From the human T2T-CHM13v2.0 reference genome, Homo sapiens, in NCBI RefSeq assembly GCF_009914755.1, contig NC_060932.1: 64,000 nt of DNA; one strand, 5' to 3'. The translations under genes were made by a program, and so were the position numbers. Within the stretch, counting starts at the first letter, position 1, and each line of letters begins with the position of its first letter. This document shows, piece by piece, positions 46,112-63,114 of this stretch. The notes beneath the pieces are model-generated. The model saw only the letters and a list, made by a program, of their open reading frames with translations, ran no database searches and was not told the DNA's origin.

Positions 46112-46908
46112 TAAGAATGAATTAAATTTTACAAAAGATGTTCAAACTCGTACAATAAAAAATCACAAAACATTGTTCAGAGAAATGAAAAAGAGATATA
46201 AATAAATGGAGATGTATTCCACATGCATGAATTAGAACACCCAGTATTATTAAGATGGTAGCTCTTCCCCCAATTAGTCTACAGATTAAACCCAATTCCT
46301 ATCAAAATCTAAGCAGGATATTTTGCTGAAATTAGTAAGCAGATTCTAGCCTTTATATGCAAAAGTATAAGATCCAGAGCAGCCAAAACAAATCTGGAAG
46401 ATGTATATTTCCTCATTTCCATACTTATTGTACAGCTACAGTAATTGCAGTGGTGTAATACTGACATAATGATAGACCTATAGATAAATTGAACCTAATT
46501 TAGAATTAAAAATTATATTCATGGTCAGTTGATTCTCAACAAAGGATCCAAAGCAAATCAATGGGGGGGAATAGTTTTTTGTTGTTGTTGTCTTTTTACT
46601 AATAATGCTGTAACAATTTAATATCCACATACAAAATAGTTAATTTAGACCTGACCTCACACTATACACAAAAATTAACTTAAAATGGATAATAGACCCA
46701 GCTGTAAGAGTTAAGACTATAAAAGTCTTCAAAGAAAACATAGGAGAAAAATCTTCATTCCTTTGGGTTAGGCAGAGTTTTCCCCAAAACACCACCAAAA
46801 GCTTGATCAATAAAAAATAATACATTGGACTGCATCAAAATTTAAAATATTTGCTTTTCAAGACATCATTAAGAAGATTTTTTTAAAGCCTCAGGCTGGG
46901 AGAAAATA

Positions 46909-47502
46909 CAGTCATGTGGCAGCTAATGACCAGGTTACTTTCTGAGAAATGTGCCATTAAACATTGTCATCATTGTATGAACATCATAGAGTGCACTTAC
47001 ACAAGCCTAGGTGGTGTAGCCTACTATACACCTCAGCAATGTGTTATAATCTGTTGCTTGTAGGCTACAAACCTGTACGAGCATGTTACTGTGCTGAATA
47101 CTATAAGCAATTGTAACGCAATGATAAGTATTTGTTTATCTAAACGTATGTAAATATAGAAAAGGTACAGTCAAAATATGGTATAAAAGATTAAAAAATG
47201 ATATACGTGAATAGGGTACTTATCATGAGTGGAGCTTGCAGGACTGGAAGTTGTTCAGGGTGAGTCAATGAGCAACTTGGTAAGTTAATGCAAAGGCCTA
47301 GGACATTACTGTATACTATAGTAGACTTTATAAACATCGAACACTTAGGCTACACTTTATTTATTAAAAAAGTAATTATACTGTGACATTGTGATGGCTA
47401 TGACATCAATAGGGAATTTTTCAGCTCCATCATAATTGTATGGGACCGCTATCTTATATACAGTTAGTTGTTTACTGAAACATCATTATACAGCACATAA
47501 TG
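46909..47502. mobile_element. Tigger3 (MER7-group; ~600 bp, Tigger3c-like) DNA transposon
   Basis: TA|cagtcatg start, aacatcatagagtg.acttacacaa.cctag, ggctacaaacctgtac; inserted at the TA of L1 gagaaaaTAtttg. Confidence 0.85.
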
Positions 47503-48422
47503 TTTATTTGTGAGTCATATATTTGACAGAGGACTTGCATCCATGATATATAAGGAGCCCTTAAAATGCAATAATAATAAGATAATAGTGCTGTCAAAAA
47601 GTGGGCAAATACTTGATAGTTATTTGAAAGATTAAAATATATGGATCACAAATAAGGCCATGAAAAGCTGCCCAACATCGTTAGTTATTAGTGAAATGCA
47701 AGTTATGCCACAATTACATTACTTAACACCCACTAGAATGAATGTAATAAAAAAGAAAGATGATAACAAATTTTTGCAAGAATGTGGAGAAATTGGAACC
47801 CTCATCCATTTGCTGATGTAAATGTGAAATGGTACAACCACTTTGGAAAACAGTTTGGTCTTTGTTAAAAAGTTAAAAATAAATTTACCGTATGACCACT
47901 AATTCACCTTCAAGAGAAATGAAAGTGAATGTTCACTGAAAGACTTGTACGTGAATGTTCACAGCAGCATTATTCACAATGATTAAAAGGTAGAAATAGT
48001 CCAAATATTCATCAACCTGTGAATGGATAATAAAATGTGGTATATCCTCACAATTGATTTCTATATATAACAAGAAAGAAGATACGGCTACATACTACAA
48101 TATAGTCAAACCTCAAAAATATTATGCTAAATGCTGAATGAAAGATGATACATGCAAAAGGCCATGTGTTCTATGATTCTACTTATATAACATATATAGA
48201 AGTGACAAATCTATTGAGACAGATTAAGTTAGCAGTTGGCTGGAAGTAGCAATAGACACTGACTGAAAATGGGTGTGAACAATCTTTTGGGGGTGAAGGA
48301 GATATTCCAACATTAGATTGTAGTGATGTATACACAAATTTTAGAATTTACTGAAAATTTCTGAACTGTATACTTAAAACAAATATTTATGTTATATAAA
48401 TTATACCTCAATTTTAGTCAAA

Positions 48423-48785
<363 letters not shown>

Positions 48786-48789
48786 TGCA

Positions 48790-50578
48790 GTAATAAAACT
48801 ACAGAATAGATACAATCTCAATTACAGTAAGAGATTTTAGTACTCCGCTGTCAATGTTTGTAGAACAAATAGAAGGCTTGAAGGTTTTATCTGACATTTA
48901 CAAAACATTCTACAAGTCAGAAAACACCTTCTCTCCAAGTTCATTGAGAACATTCACTAAGGTAGACCTTAGTCCTGCCCAAACAAGTATCGATAAGTTT
49001 AAAAGTACTCAAGTCAAAGTTTGTTATCTGATCACGATAGAAATAAATTAGAAATCAATAACAGAAAATCTCTGGACAAGCTTGAAATATTTATAAATGA
49101 AATAACACTTCTAAATAGCCATGAATCAAAGGAGAAGTTAAACAGGAAATTAAAAATTATTTTGAACTGAATGAAATGAACACCTAATGTATCGAAATTC
49201 ATGGGATACAACTAAAGCAGAACAGTAGGGAAATGTATAGCATTAAAGACTTATATTATTAATACCAAAAAAATTCTCAAATCAGTGACATGTTTTCACC
49301 TTAACAAACGTCAAAAAGAAGAACAAAATAGACTCAAATTAAGTAGAAGAAAGGGAATAAAAGTCAAAATAGAAATAAGTGAAATAAAGACAGAAAGTCA
49401 ATTGAGAAAGTAAATCGAACCAAAGGTTGGATCTATGAAATTATCAATATAATTGATAAGCCTTTAGGCAAAATGATCAGCAAAGAAAGAAGACAAATTA
49501 TCAATATCTGGAAAAAGGTGATATCAGTACACATTCTACAAATATTAAAAAGACAGTAAGGGAAAATTGTGAACAACTTGATGCAAATACATTTGACAAC
49601 CTAGGTGAAATAGAAAATTTCCTTGAAACACACAAACTTGAGTCTCTCCCAAGAAGAAAGAAATAACTTGAGTAGCCCAATATCTATTTGAGAAATGGAA
49701 TTTGTAGCTAAAAATTTTCCCTCAAAAAAAATTTCAGGCCCAGATGACTTTATCAATAAAGTCTGCCTAACATGTAAGGGTGATAAAATACCAATTCTTT
49801 ACAAACTCTTGCAGAATATTATAATGTTGGGAATACCATCCAGCTCATTTTATGAAACAAACATTACTCTAATACCAACAACTAACATATTAAAAGAAAT
49901 CTGCAGACCAATAAACCTCATGAAAATTTTAGCAAATTTAGCATATTAAATTTAGAAATATTTTGCAAAATAAAAATACAGAAAATTGAATCCACAATAC
50001 ATAAAAGGGATAATATATCATGACCAAATGTTTTTTATACCACGGATGCAATGTTTAACATTTGAAAAACAGAATGTGACTCACCATATTAAACTAAAAA
50101 AGAAAAAAATTATATCATAATCTCAAGAGATCATCTCAAGAAAGAGCATTTGATAAAATCCAATGTTCATCCCTGTAAAAGACCCTAAGCAAAGTAGGAT
50201 AGAAAGGAACTTCCTCAATCCAATAAAGAACATGTATCAAACCCTACAGCTAAATCATATTGGTAAAAGACTGCATTCTTTCCTCCCAAGGTCACAAATG
50301 AGAAATGATGTCTGCCCTCCCAGCTGTTATTGAAAGTTGTAATTGTGATTCTAGCTTGTATCATAAGGCAAGAAAAATCAAATGCATCCAGATTGAAAAA
50401 GAAGTAAAAGGGTGCTTATTTGCATACATGTTCATTCATATAGAAAGTCAAATGGGATCTATACAAAAACTATTATAAGAAGTGAATCTATCAAGGTTAC
50501 TGGATATAAGATCAAGATACAATATCAATTATTTCTATGTACCAGCAATAAACAATTGAAAATTGAAAAATACAGTGC
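48790..50578 (+). mobile_element. Old L1M ORF2 fragment (EN end to RT)
   Basis: Decayed ORF2 peptides (KKISGPDDF, CRPINLM). Confidence 0.8.
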
Positions 50579-50890
50579 CACATCAAAAAGTCAATTCACC
50601 ACAATCAAGTATTCTTTATCCCTGGGATGCAAGATTGGTTCAACATGCACAAATCAATAAATGTGATTCATCACATAATCAAAACTAAATACAAAAATCA
50701 CATAATCATTTCAATAGATGCAGAAGTGACTTTCAATAACATTCCACGTTTCTTCATGTTTAAAACTCTCAATAAACTAGGCATTGAAGGAACATACTTC
50801 AAAATAATGAGAGCCACCTATGACAAACCCATAGCCAACTTCATAGTGAATGGGCAAAAGCTGGAAGCATTTCCCTTGAAAACTGGCACA
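50579..50890 (+). mobile_element. L1PA13-like host element, 5' part (ORF2 RT segment)
   Basis: [17 protein letters not shown]...[10 protein letters not shown], cut by the younger L1. Confidence 0.85.
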
Positions 50891-52226
50891 ATTGCTGGCA
50901 AGATGACCGAATAGGAACACCTCTGGTTTGCAGCTCCCAGCGAGATCGACGCAGAAGGCGGGTGATTTCTGCATTTCCAACTGAGGTACCCAGTTCATCT
51001 CATTGGGACTGCTTGGAAGTGGGTGCAGCCTAAGGTGGGCAAGCCAAAGCAGGATGGGGCGTTGCCTCACCCAGGAAGTGCAAGGGGTTGGAGAACTCCC
51101 TTTCCCAGCCAAGGGAACCCATTAGGGACTGTACCTTGGACTCTGGCCCAGATACTATGCTTTTCCCATGGTCTTCACATCCCGCAGACCAGGAGATTCA
51201 CTGCAGTGCCCATGCTACCAGGGCCCTGGGTTTCCAGCACAAAACTAGGTAGCCATTTGGGCAGACACTGAGCTAGCCACAGGAGTTTTGCTTTTCATAC
51301 TCCAGTGGCACCCAGAATGCCAGCAAGACAGAACCATTCACTCTCCTGGAAAGTGGGCTGAAGCCAGGGAGCCAAGTGGTCTGGCTCAGCGGATCCCACC
51401 TCAATGGAGCCCAGCAAGCTAAGATACACTGTCTTGAAATTCTTGCTGCTTGCACAGCAGTCTGAGTTCTACCTGGGACGCTTGAGCTTGGTGTGGGGAG
51501 TTGCATCCACCATTGCTGAGCCTTGAGTAGGCGGTTTCGACCTCACAGTGTAAACAAAGCGGCCAGGAAGTTTGAACTGGGTGGAGCCCACCACAGCTCA
51601 GCAAGGCCACTGTGGCCAGACTGCCTCCGCAGATTCCCTCCTCCCTGGGAAGGGCATCTCTGAAAAAAAGGCAGCAGCCCCAGTCAGGGACTTACGGATA
51701 AAACCTTCACCTCCCTGGGACAGAGCACCTGGGGGAAGGAGCGGTTGGGGGCGCAGCTTCAGCAGACTTAAACGTTCCTGCCTGGCAGCTCAGCTCTGAA
51801 GAGAGGAGCAGATCTCCCAGCACAGTGTTTGAGCTCCGATAAGGGACAGACTGCCTCCTCAAGTGGGTCCCTGACCCCCATGTATCCTGACTAGGAGACA
51901 CCTCCCAGTAGGAGCTGACAGACACCTCATACAGGAGAACTCTGGCTGGCATCTGGTGGGTGCCCCTCTGGGACAAAGCTTCCAGAGGAAGGAACAGGCA
52001 TCAATCTTCGCTGATCTGCAGCCTCTGCTGGTGACACCCAGGCAAACAGGGTATGCAGCAGACCTCTAGCAAACTCCAGCAGACCTGCAGCAGAGGAGCC
52101 TGACTGTTGGAAGGAAACCGACAAACAGAAAGGAATAGTATTAACATCAACAAAAAGGACGTCCACTCAGAGACCCCATCTGAAGGTCACTGACTTCAAA
52201 GACCAAAGATAGATAAATCCATGAAG

Positions 52227-53240
52227 ATGGGGGAGAAACCAGTGCAAAAAGGCTGAAAATTCCAAAAACCAGAACGCTTCTTCTCCTTCAAAGGATCACA
52301 ACTCCTTGCCAGCAAGGGAACTAAACTGGATAGAGAATGAGTTTGACGAATTGACAGAAGTCGACTTCAGAAAGTGGGTAATAACAAACTCCTCCAAGCT
52401 AAAGGAACATGTCCTCACCCACTGCAAGGAAGCTAAGAACCTTGAAAAAAGGTTAGACGAATTGCTAACTAGAATAACCAGTTTAGAGAAGAACATAAAT
52501 GACCTGATGGAGCTGAAAAACACATCATGAGCATTTTGTGAAGCATACATGAGTATGATTAGCTGAATTTATCAAGTGGAAGAAAGGATATCAGAGATTG
52601 AAGATCAACTCAATGAAATAAAACAAGATTAAAGGAAAAAGAGTGAAAAATGAACAAAGACTCCAAGAAGTATGGGATGATGTTAAAAGACCAAATCTAT
52701 GTTTGATTGGTGTACCTGAAAGTGACGGGAGAACAGAACCAAGTTGGAAAACACTCTTCAGGATATTATCCAGGAGAACTTCCCCAGCCTGGCAAGGCAG
52801 GCCAACATTCAAATTCGGAAATACAAACAACATCACAAAGATACTCCTTGAGAAGAGCAACCCCAAGACACATAATTGTCAGATTCACCAAGGTTGAAAT
52901 GAAGGAAAAACTGTTAAGGGCAGCCAGAGAGAAAGGGCGAGTTACCCACAAAGGGAAGCCCATCAGAGTAACAGTGGCTATCTCGGCAGAAACCCTGCAA
53001 GCCAGAAGAGAGTGGGGGCCAATATTCAACATTCTTAAAGAAAGGATTTTTCAAGCCAGATTTTCATATCCAGCCAAACTAAGCTTCATAAGTGAAGCAG
53101 AAATAAAATCCTTTGCAGACAAGGAAATGCTGAGAGATTTTGTCACCACCAGGCCTGTCCTACGAGAGCTCCTGAAGGAATCACTAAACATGGAAAGGAA
53201 CAACCGATACCAGCCACTGCAAAAACACACCAAATTGTAA
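52227..53240 (+). pseudogene. Disrupted L1 ORF1p
   Basis: Fragments FDELTEVDFRKW...; RATPRHIIVRFTKVEMKEKLL...YQPLQKHTKL in different frames. Confidence 0.92.
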
Positions 53241-53303
53241 AGACCATCGACATTATGAAGAAACTGCATAAACTCATGGGCAAGATAACCCATTAGGGTC
53301 ATA

Positions 53304-57132
<3,829 letters not shown>

Positions 57133-57346
57133 ACATTGAGAACACATAGACACAGGGAGGGGAACCTCACACAGCGGGGCCTGTTGGGGAGTGAGGGGCT
57201 AGAGGAGGGATAGCATTAGGAGAAATACCTTATGTAGTTGATGGTTTGATGGATGCCACAAACCACCATGGCATGTGTATACCTATGTAACAAACCTGCA
57301 CGTTGTTCACATGTACCCCAGAACTTAAAGTGTAATAATAAAAAAA

Positions 57347-58150
57347 GAAGACATGCATGCGGCCAACAAGCATATAAAATAAGCTCAATATCACTAATCA
57401 TTAGGGCAATGCAAATCAAAACTACAATGAGATACCATCGCACACCAGACAAAATGGCTATCATTAAAAAGTCAAAGAATAACAGATGCTGGCAAGGTTG
57501 TGGAGAAAAGGGAACACTTACACATTGTTGGTGGGAGTGTAAATTAGTTCAACTGTTGTGTAAAGCAGTATGGTGATTCCTCATAGAGCTAAATGTAGAA
57601 CTACCATTTGACCCAGCAATCCCATTACTGGGTATATTCCCAGGTGAATATAAATCATTCTACCATAATGACACATGCATGTGAATGTTCTTTGTAGCAC
57701 TATTCGCAATAGCAAAGACATGGAATTAACCTAGATGCCCATCAATGACAGATTGGATAAAGAAAATGTGGTACATATACACCATAGAATACTATGACGC
57801 CATAAAAAAGAACAACATCATGTCTTTAGCAGGAACATGGATGGAACTGTAAGGCCATTATACTTAGCAAACTAATGCAGGAACAGAAGACCAAATACCA
57901 CATGTTCTCACTTGAAAGTGGGAGCTAAATAAAGAAAACTCATGAACACAAGGAAAGGAACAACAGACCCTGGGGTCTACTTGAGGGTGGAGGGTGGGAG
58001 GATAGAAAGGAGCAGAAAACATAACTGTTAGATACTGAGCTTAATACCTGGGTGATGAAATATTCTGTAAAACAAACTCTCGGGACACGAGTTGACCTAT
58101 GTAACAAACCTTCACATATACCTTCAAACCTAAAATAAAAGTTTAAAAAA
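57347..58150 (+). mobile_element. L1PA13-like host element, 3' part (ORF2 C-terminus plus 3'UTR)
   Basis: gaagacatgcatgcggccaacaagcata...; 3'UTR ggagcagaaaa.ataact...aaaccttcacat...cctaaaataaaagtt. Confidence 0.88.
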
Positions 58151-58252
58151 GAATAAATGAGCTTGAAAAAATGCTATTCATAAAGAAAAGAAAATAGAAC
58201 TTGATCTTTTTCTTGCACCATGTACAAAAAACTAAACTCTAGGTGGATTAAT

Positions 58253-59425
58253 GACTGAAATATAATTTAAGCCTCAGTGAGGAAGCCAAAGCATTTAGTG
58301 CTGAAGTACTACCAAATAAGATATTTATTTTAAAGATTAAACTTTACAAAGTGGTGGGAGAAACTGGGAATTGTTTTAGGAAGGTTGTAAGACAATGGTT
58401 GAGGAGTCTGAGAAAAGTCACTTGCCAAAGACCACGAAGAGGAGCTAGTGAAAAAGTCTGTGAAAGTCTGTTGCCTGTTCATATAGTAGTGATTCTGGAA
58501 GTCTCTGTGGGACAGAAGGATAGACTGGTTAGGAAAAACGCATCCAAAAAGGAAAATCAAAGAAAACTAGAACCCATGCAGACAAACTGGAACCTGTGTT
58601 TATCTCTCATCCCCTTGCACCCTGATTTTGTGGGCCATCTACAGAAGCAACTGCAACTGATGTCCTTGTCATGAATCTCCAGGTGTGCTTAGCTCAGGTC
58701 TGGGAGAAGATTCAAAAAGGGTATTTATCAGGATCAGAGAAGCATCTAAAATCCTAGACTTTGGTTTTATCACACCTGTATTAAAAACCAGAAGGAAGTG
58801 AAAGGAGAAATTGCAAAATTACAATTATAGTGACAATATCTCAAAAATGCACACACAGACAAATGTATATGGATTATTATTTTTTATTTTTTGTATCATA
58901 AATAGGGACATGTTATTACTATTTTTATACTCTGCTTTCTGTCTGCTTTTAATCTCTATTGTTTTAGTGGTTACTTTTGAAATATTAACATGCATACCTA
59001 AAAAAGTAATTTTTTTTTTTTGAGATGGAATCGCACTCTGTCACCCAGGCTGTAGTGCAGTGGCGTGATCTTGGCTCACTGCAACCTCCGCCTCCTGCCT
59101 CAACCTCCCTAGTAGCTGGGACTACAGGTGCATGCCGCCATGCCTGACTAATATTTTTTTTCTTTTTTTATTTTTTTGTATTTTAGTAGAGATGGGGTTT
59201 TACTATGTTGCCCAGGCTGGTCTCGAATGCCTAAGCTCAGTCAGTCTGCCTGCCTCAGCTTCCCAGAGTGCTAGGATTACAGGCGTGAGCCACCGTGTAT
59301 CTCTACCTTTTCTTCCAAACCATATACAATTTTGCAATTTGATAAGCACCCTCTTCCCTATCATCTAACATATTACAGAATTGTACCTTTGGCTTCCTCA
59401 CTGAGGCTCAAATTATATTTCAGTC
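58253..59425. repeat. 39-bp inverted repeat (38/39 identical) with ~1.1-kb spacer
   Basis: gactgaaatataatttaagcctcagtgaggaagccaaag (58253-58291) vs ctttggcttcctcactgaggctcaaattatatttcagtc (59387-59425). Confidence 0.95.
59010..59297 (-). mobile_element. Alu (AluJ/S-like) with a small internal deletion
   Basis: Reverse Alu; ctccgcctcc joined to tgcctcaacc. Confidence 0.9.
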
Positions 59426-59704
59426 TTTAAAGCAGTGTGTAGAGGGAAATTTATAGCACTAAATGCCCACAAGAGAAAGCAGAAAAGATCTAAAATTGAC
59501 ACCCTAACATCACAATTAAAAGAACTAGAGAAGCAAGAGCAAACACATTCAAAAGCTAGCAGAAGGCAAGAAATAGCTAAGATCAGAGCAGAACTGAAGG
59601 AGATAGAGACACAAAAAACCCGTCAAAAAATCAATGAATCCAGGAGCTGGATTTTTTTAAAAGATCGACAAAATTGATAGACCGCTAGCAAGACTAATAA
59701 AGAA
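59426..59704 (+). mobile_element. Internal ORF2 fragment of a younger L1PA, with no poly-A or TSD
   Basis: [46 protein letters not shown]; ends abruptly at actaataaagaa. Confidence 0.92.
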
Positions 59705-60645
59705 TTCTGTTGTGTGGGGTGTGTCTGTTCCTGAAACACATGGAGGTGAAAACAAATTAAAAACAAATAACAACGTTTGTTTTTATATGCAATAATTTCA
59801 TATATAAGCGTGTAGTCACAATCTACTTTAGTCCTCAAAGCTCTGGTTGATTCAATTTGATGCTATTTTTGCCACAGTAAGATTCACATTTAAAAATTTT
59901 GCTATAGATTTGTTATGTGAGGAAAAACACAAACATGGTGCTCTTGAATTGTAATAACTATGAGTGCCTTTCCTAGTCTATTTCTTAGAAAACATAACAA
60001 AACTCACAATTTTGATGTATTAGTATTGTGGATGACTTTTTTCTTATTGTCTTTTCAAAGCAATAGACAAATAGCTAAACTACATAGTTTTTTTAAAAAG
60101 GATATTTAAGATGTCTTAAGTGAGTTTGCTTTTCTGAATTATACTTTCTCTCCATGAGCATGAAAAATAAGGAACTGACTATATTCAATGTATTGGTGAT
60201 GCATATTAGAAAAAGACACATTCATGCATTTGAATATAACACATTGTGTTTTGAAATTTATCTGGTCTTAAGTGTCTTTGTCCATAAGCATCTAAAATTA
60301 ACTTGACTTATCTATTTTCTAATAGATTTTATCAGTGTTGGATAACTTACACATATTATTTAGTATTTAATGTTATTTTAAGCTTTAAACCATTTAGGAA
60401 CTTTATCTTATACATCTGCAGAATAATAATTGTATAAATTGTTAACTCCTCATCACCCATATCCTCACGTCATGAAATGCATGTGAAAATAAATGACAAA
60501 AAGCTCATAAGGACTTTTCTTCTGTACATATTTTTTGTTATTAACTGATTCACTCAGAATATTTTCGTTTGTTTTTCAGGTGTTTGAGGAATTTTCTTCC
60601 TTAGAGAATCAGAATTTTTAATTATTGCTATTGTTTACTTTATAG

Positions 60646-60714
60646 GGTCAAAGAGAATAAGTGATAGTGAAGTCTCTGACTATGACTGTGATGATGGAAT
60701 TGGTGTAGTATCAG
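60646..60714 (+). CDS. RIMS2: RIMS2 exon (RSKRISDSEVSDYDCDDGIGVVS)
   Basis: tttatag| ... CAG|gtaaga; 69 nt, phase 1 to 1. Confidence 0.96.
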
Positions 60715-62186
60715 GTAAGAATTTTAGAATGATTTTATAGTATTAAAAAGGGAGTGCAATTCATCATCATTTACCATAAAAGTAAATAAATAAAAGAGAA
60801 AGATATAACTCGTCTTCTCACCCTCCAAAACAGCCTATGGCAACCTATGACAACTTAAACCCCTGAGTAATCCCAATTGCTGGAACACCTGTACCAATTA
60901 GATTGGATAGTCTTGAAAGATACCAGATACGTAGATGTCAATAAATTTTCTATTTTAAGACAATAATAAGGATTTTACAATAAATTGGAGGAGTTCTTGC
61001 ATAATCAGACTTTTTTATACTGCACTAATATGGTGGAAAAAAGATGAAATCTTTTTTATGTAACCACCATATCTAAATATGTCAAATGTTTAAATGGGAG
61101 TTTTTGAAACTTTAAAATTGTTTTTATATGAAGTATCATGTACAGCTACGTTTTGAAATTATAGTATTGTAGTTTAAAATATTTGCCTCATTTTAAAGTT
61201 AGAAACTTATCCAATGGTTTAATATTTTAGGTAAGTATATATCTTTTCTGCAAGTTCTGATGACAATGTTTACATGTAATACCTTTAATATTGTAAAATA
61301 AAGTATTCTATTCCTTTTGAAGGTTAAATAACCTAATAGATTTCATAATTATGACTAATTTTACTCTAAACAAAATGTATGCAAGGCATGCCACAGTTGC
61401 ATTAGTGATTGATAACAATATTTTTTTGCCAATTTTTGTTAAGAGTCAGTTAGCATGCCTTTATCAGTGTACCACTTTTTAAAAACTCAATGATTATTTT
61501 TTCCCTTTCTTTGTACTAAGGGTGAACAATATAAGACTACAAAAATACTCTTCATGTATTGTGGTTTAGAAGAGCTAAAACTCATAAAGTAGTTTTGAGA
61601 AATATTTCTCATGATTGCTTTCTTGGAGATCATTAAATTTTTTTTCTATTTGTATTCTATTCCTTTGTTATTTGACTATTCCATTTCTTATCTTTTGTAA
61701 ATATCTAGTCCATTAGGTTTTCTTCTTCCAAATTCTTTCCATTCAGATCGTTCATCTTGATGCCATTTTTGGATGTTTCTGTCCTTTCATTTTCTGTTTT
61801 CAAGATGACAGAAATATTTCTTTATTTAATATGATCATTTTAAGTTTTTCCCTCCTATAAAAGGAGTTGTATCTTTTGAAAAAGTTGTATATTTTTTCAT
61901 TTATTTGGGTTAATAGTCTCTGGAATAATTTTCTGGCACTACAGAATTGTGTTTAGAAACCCTACCCCACTCAAAGTGCTTACTCTGGATTCATTAAGTT
62001 TCTTCATATGAAAAACATTCTTTCCTATCTGGACATTATTGTTCTTATTATTTTGCCAGTCAGAAACTGTCTGGTGAATCGTTTAATAAGACACTGAAAA
62101 GACTGCCATGAAATATACTATATTTTGCTACTTTGAAATCCAATGCGATTTTGAGAAATAGATTTTTCGTAATATACTACACTTTA

Positions 62187-62466
62187 TTTTTTATTGATTG
62201 ATTGATTGATTGATTGGTTTTTGAGACTGGGTCTCACTCTGTTGCCCAGGCTGGAGTGCAGTAGTGCAATCACAGCTCACTGCATCCTCAACTTCCCCAG
62301 GCTCATTTGACCCTCTCAGCTCAGCTTCCCCAGTAGCTGGGACTACAGGTGCACACTACCTAGTGTGTGTACTAACTAGGGTTACTAACTAGGGCACGAT
62401 ACCTATTGAGTGTACTAACTAGGACTAACTAATCCCTTATTTTTTCTAAACCCAGCTAAATTTTGG
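62187..62466 (-). mobile_element. Alu right monomer (AluJ/FRAM-like) with (ATTG)n tail and a ~90-bp non-Alu insert
   Basis: TSD atat(a/g)ctacacttta at 62172-62186 and 62467-62481. Confidence 0.88.
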
Positions 62467-63114
62467 ATATGCTACACTTTAACAATACCTTTAGTACTCA
62501 AAAATTAGGATGATGGTATTGTAGTTTCTGAAATTATGGTATATGTAGTTTTTTTTCATAACCCATCACTTTAGTAAATGCTGTAGGAATTACATTTACA
62601 TAAGACTTATGATCACCAAGACTTAAATATATATTAGTTCTGTTAAATATTTTCCTTACATTTCCTCTTTATAGCCTTTTCATTTTACAACTCCAATATT
62701 AAAACTAGTTTTAATAGAGAATAAATTTTTTAATCAATAGCTTATCAAATAATTTAAGGACCACCAGATAAAATAAATAATATATTTTCTGGGTAAAGCA
62801 ACTCAGATGTGAAATGCAATGTATACATATACAAAATGCGCACCCCTACCTCTCTTAATAATATTTAAACACATAGTATGAGTCAACAAACCAGCAAAAT
62901 CTATTGATAGTTTGTTGCTTATATGCAGAGATTTCTTTCCAATTGCACATTGAATAAAGTCAAATTCAGAGTATCAATTACAATCATTCATAATAAACCT
63001 GAACTATCAAAACTGTTCTTAAGTAGGAACTGTTTCGACTAACTTATTCAGTTTTTCTAAGCTTGCAAGGCAGATGTCTTGAATATTAACTATGCCAGAA
63101 GTAATATTTTCTAT

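Noticed and set aside
58253-59425. Novel DNA transposon with 39-bp TIRs
   Set aside because: No TSD or transposase; the arms are ~97% identical while the spacer is ancient L1M/Alu debris, which fits a repair duplication better
62361-62430. CRISPR-like or telomeric array
   Set aside because: Units are short, irregular and lack spacers; not TTAGGG; eukaryotic intron context
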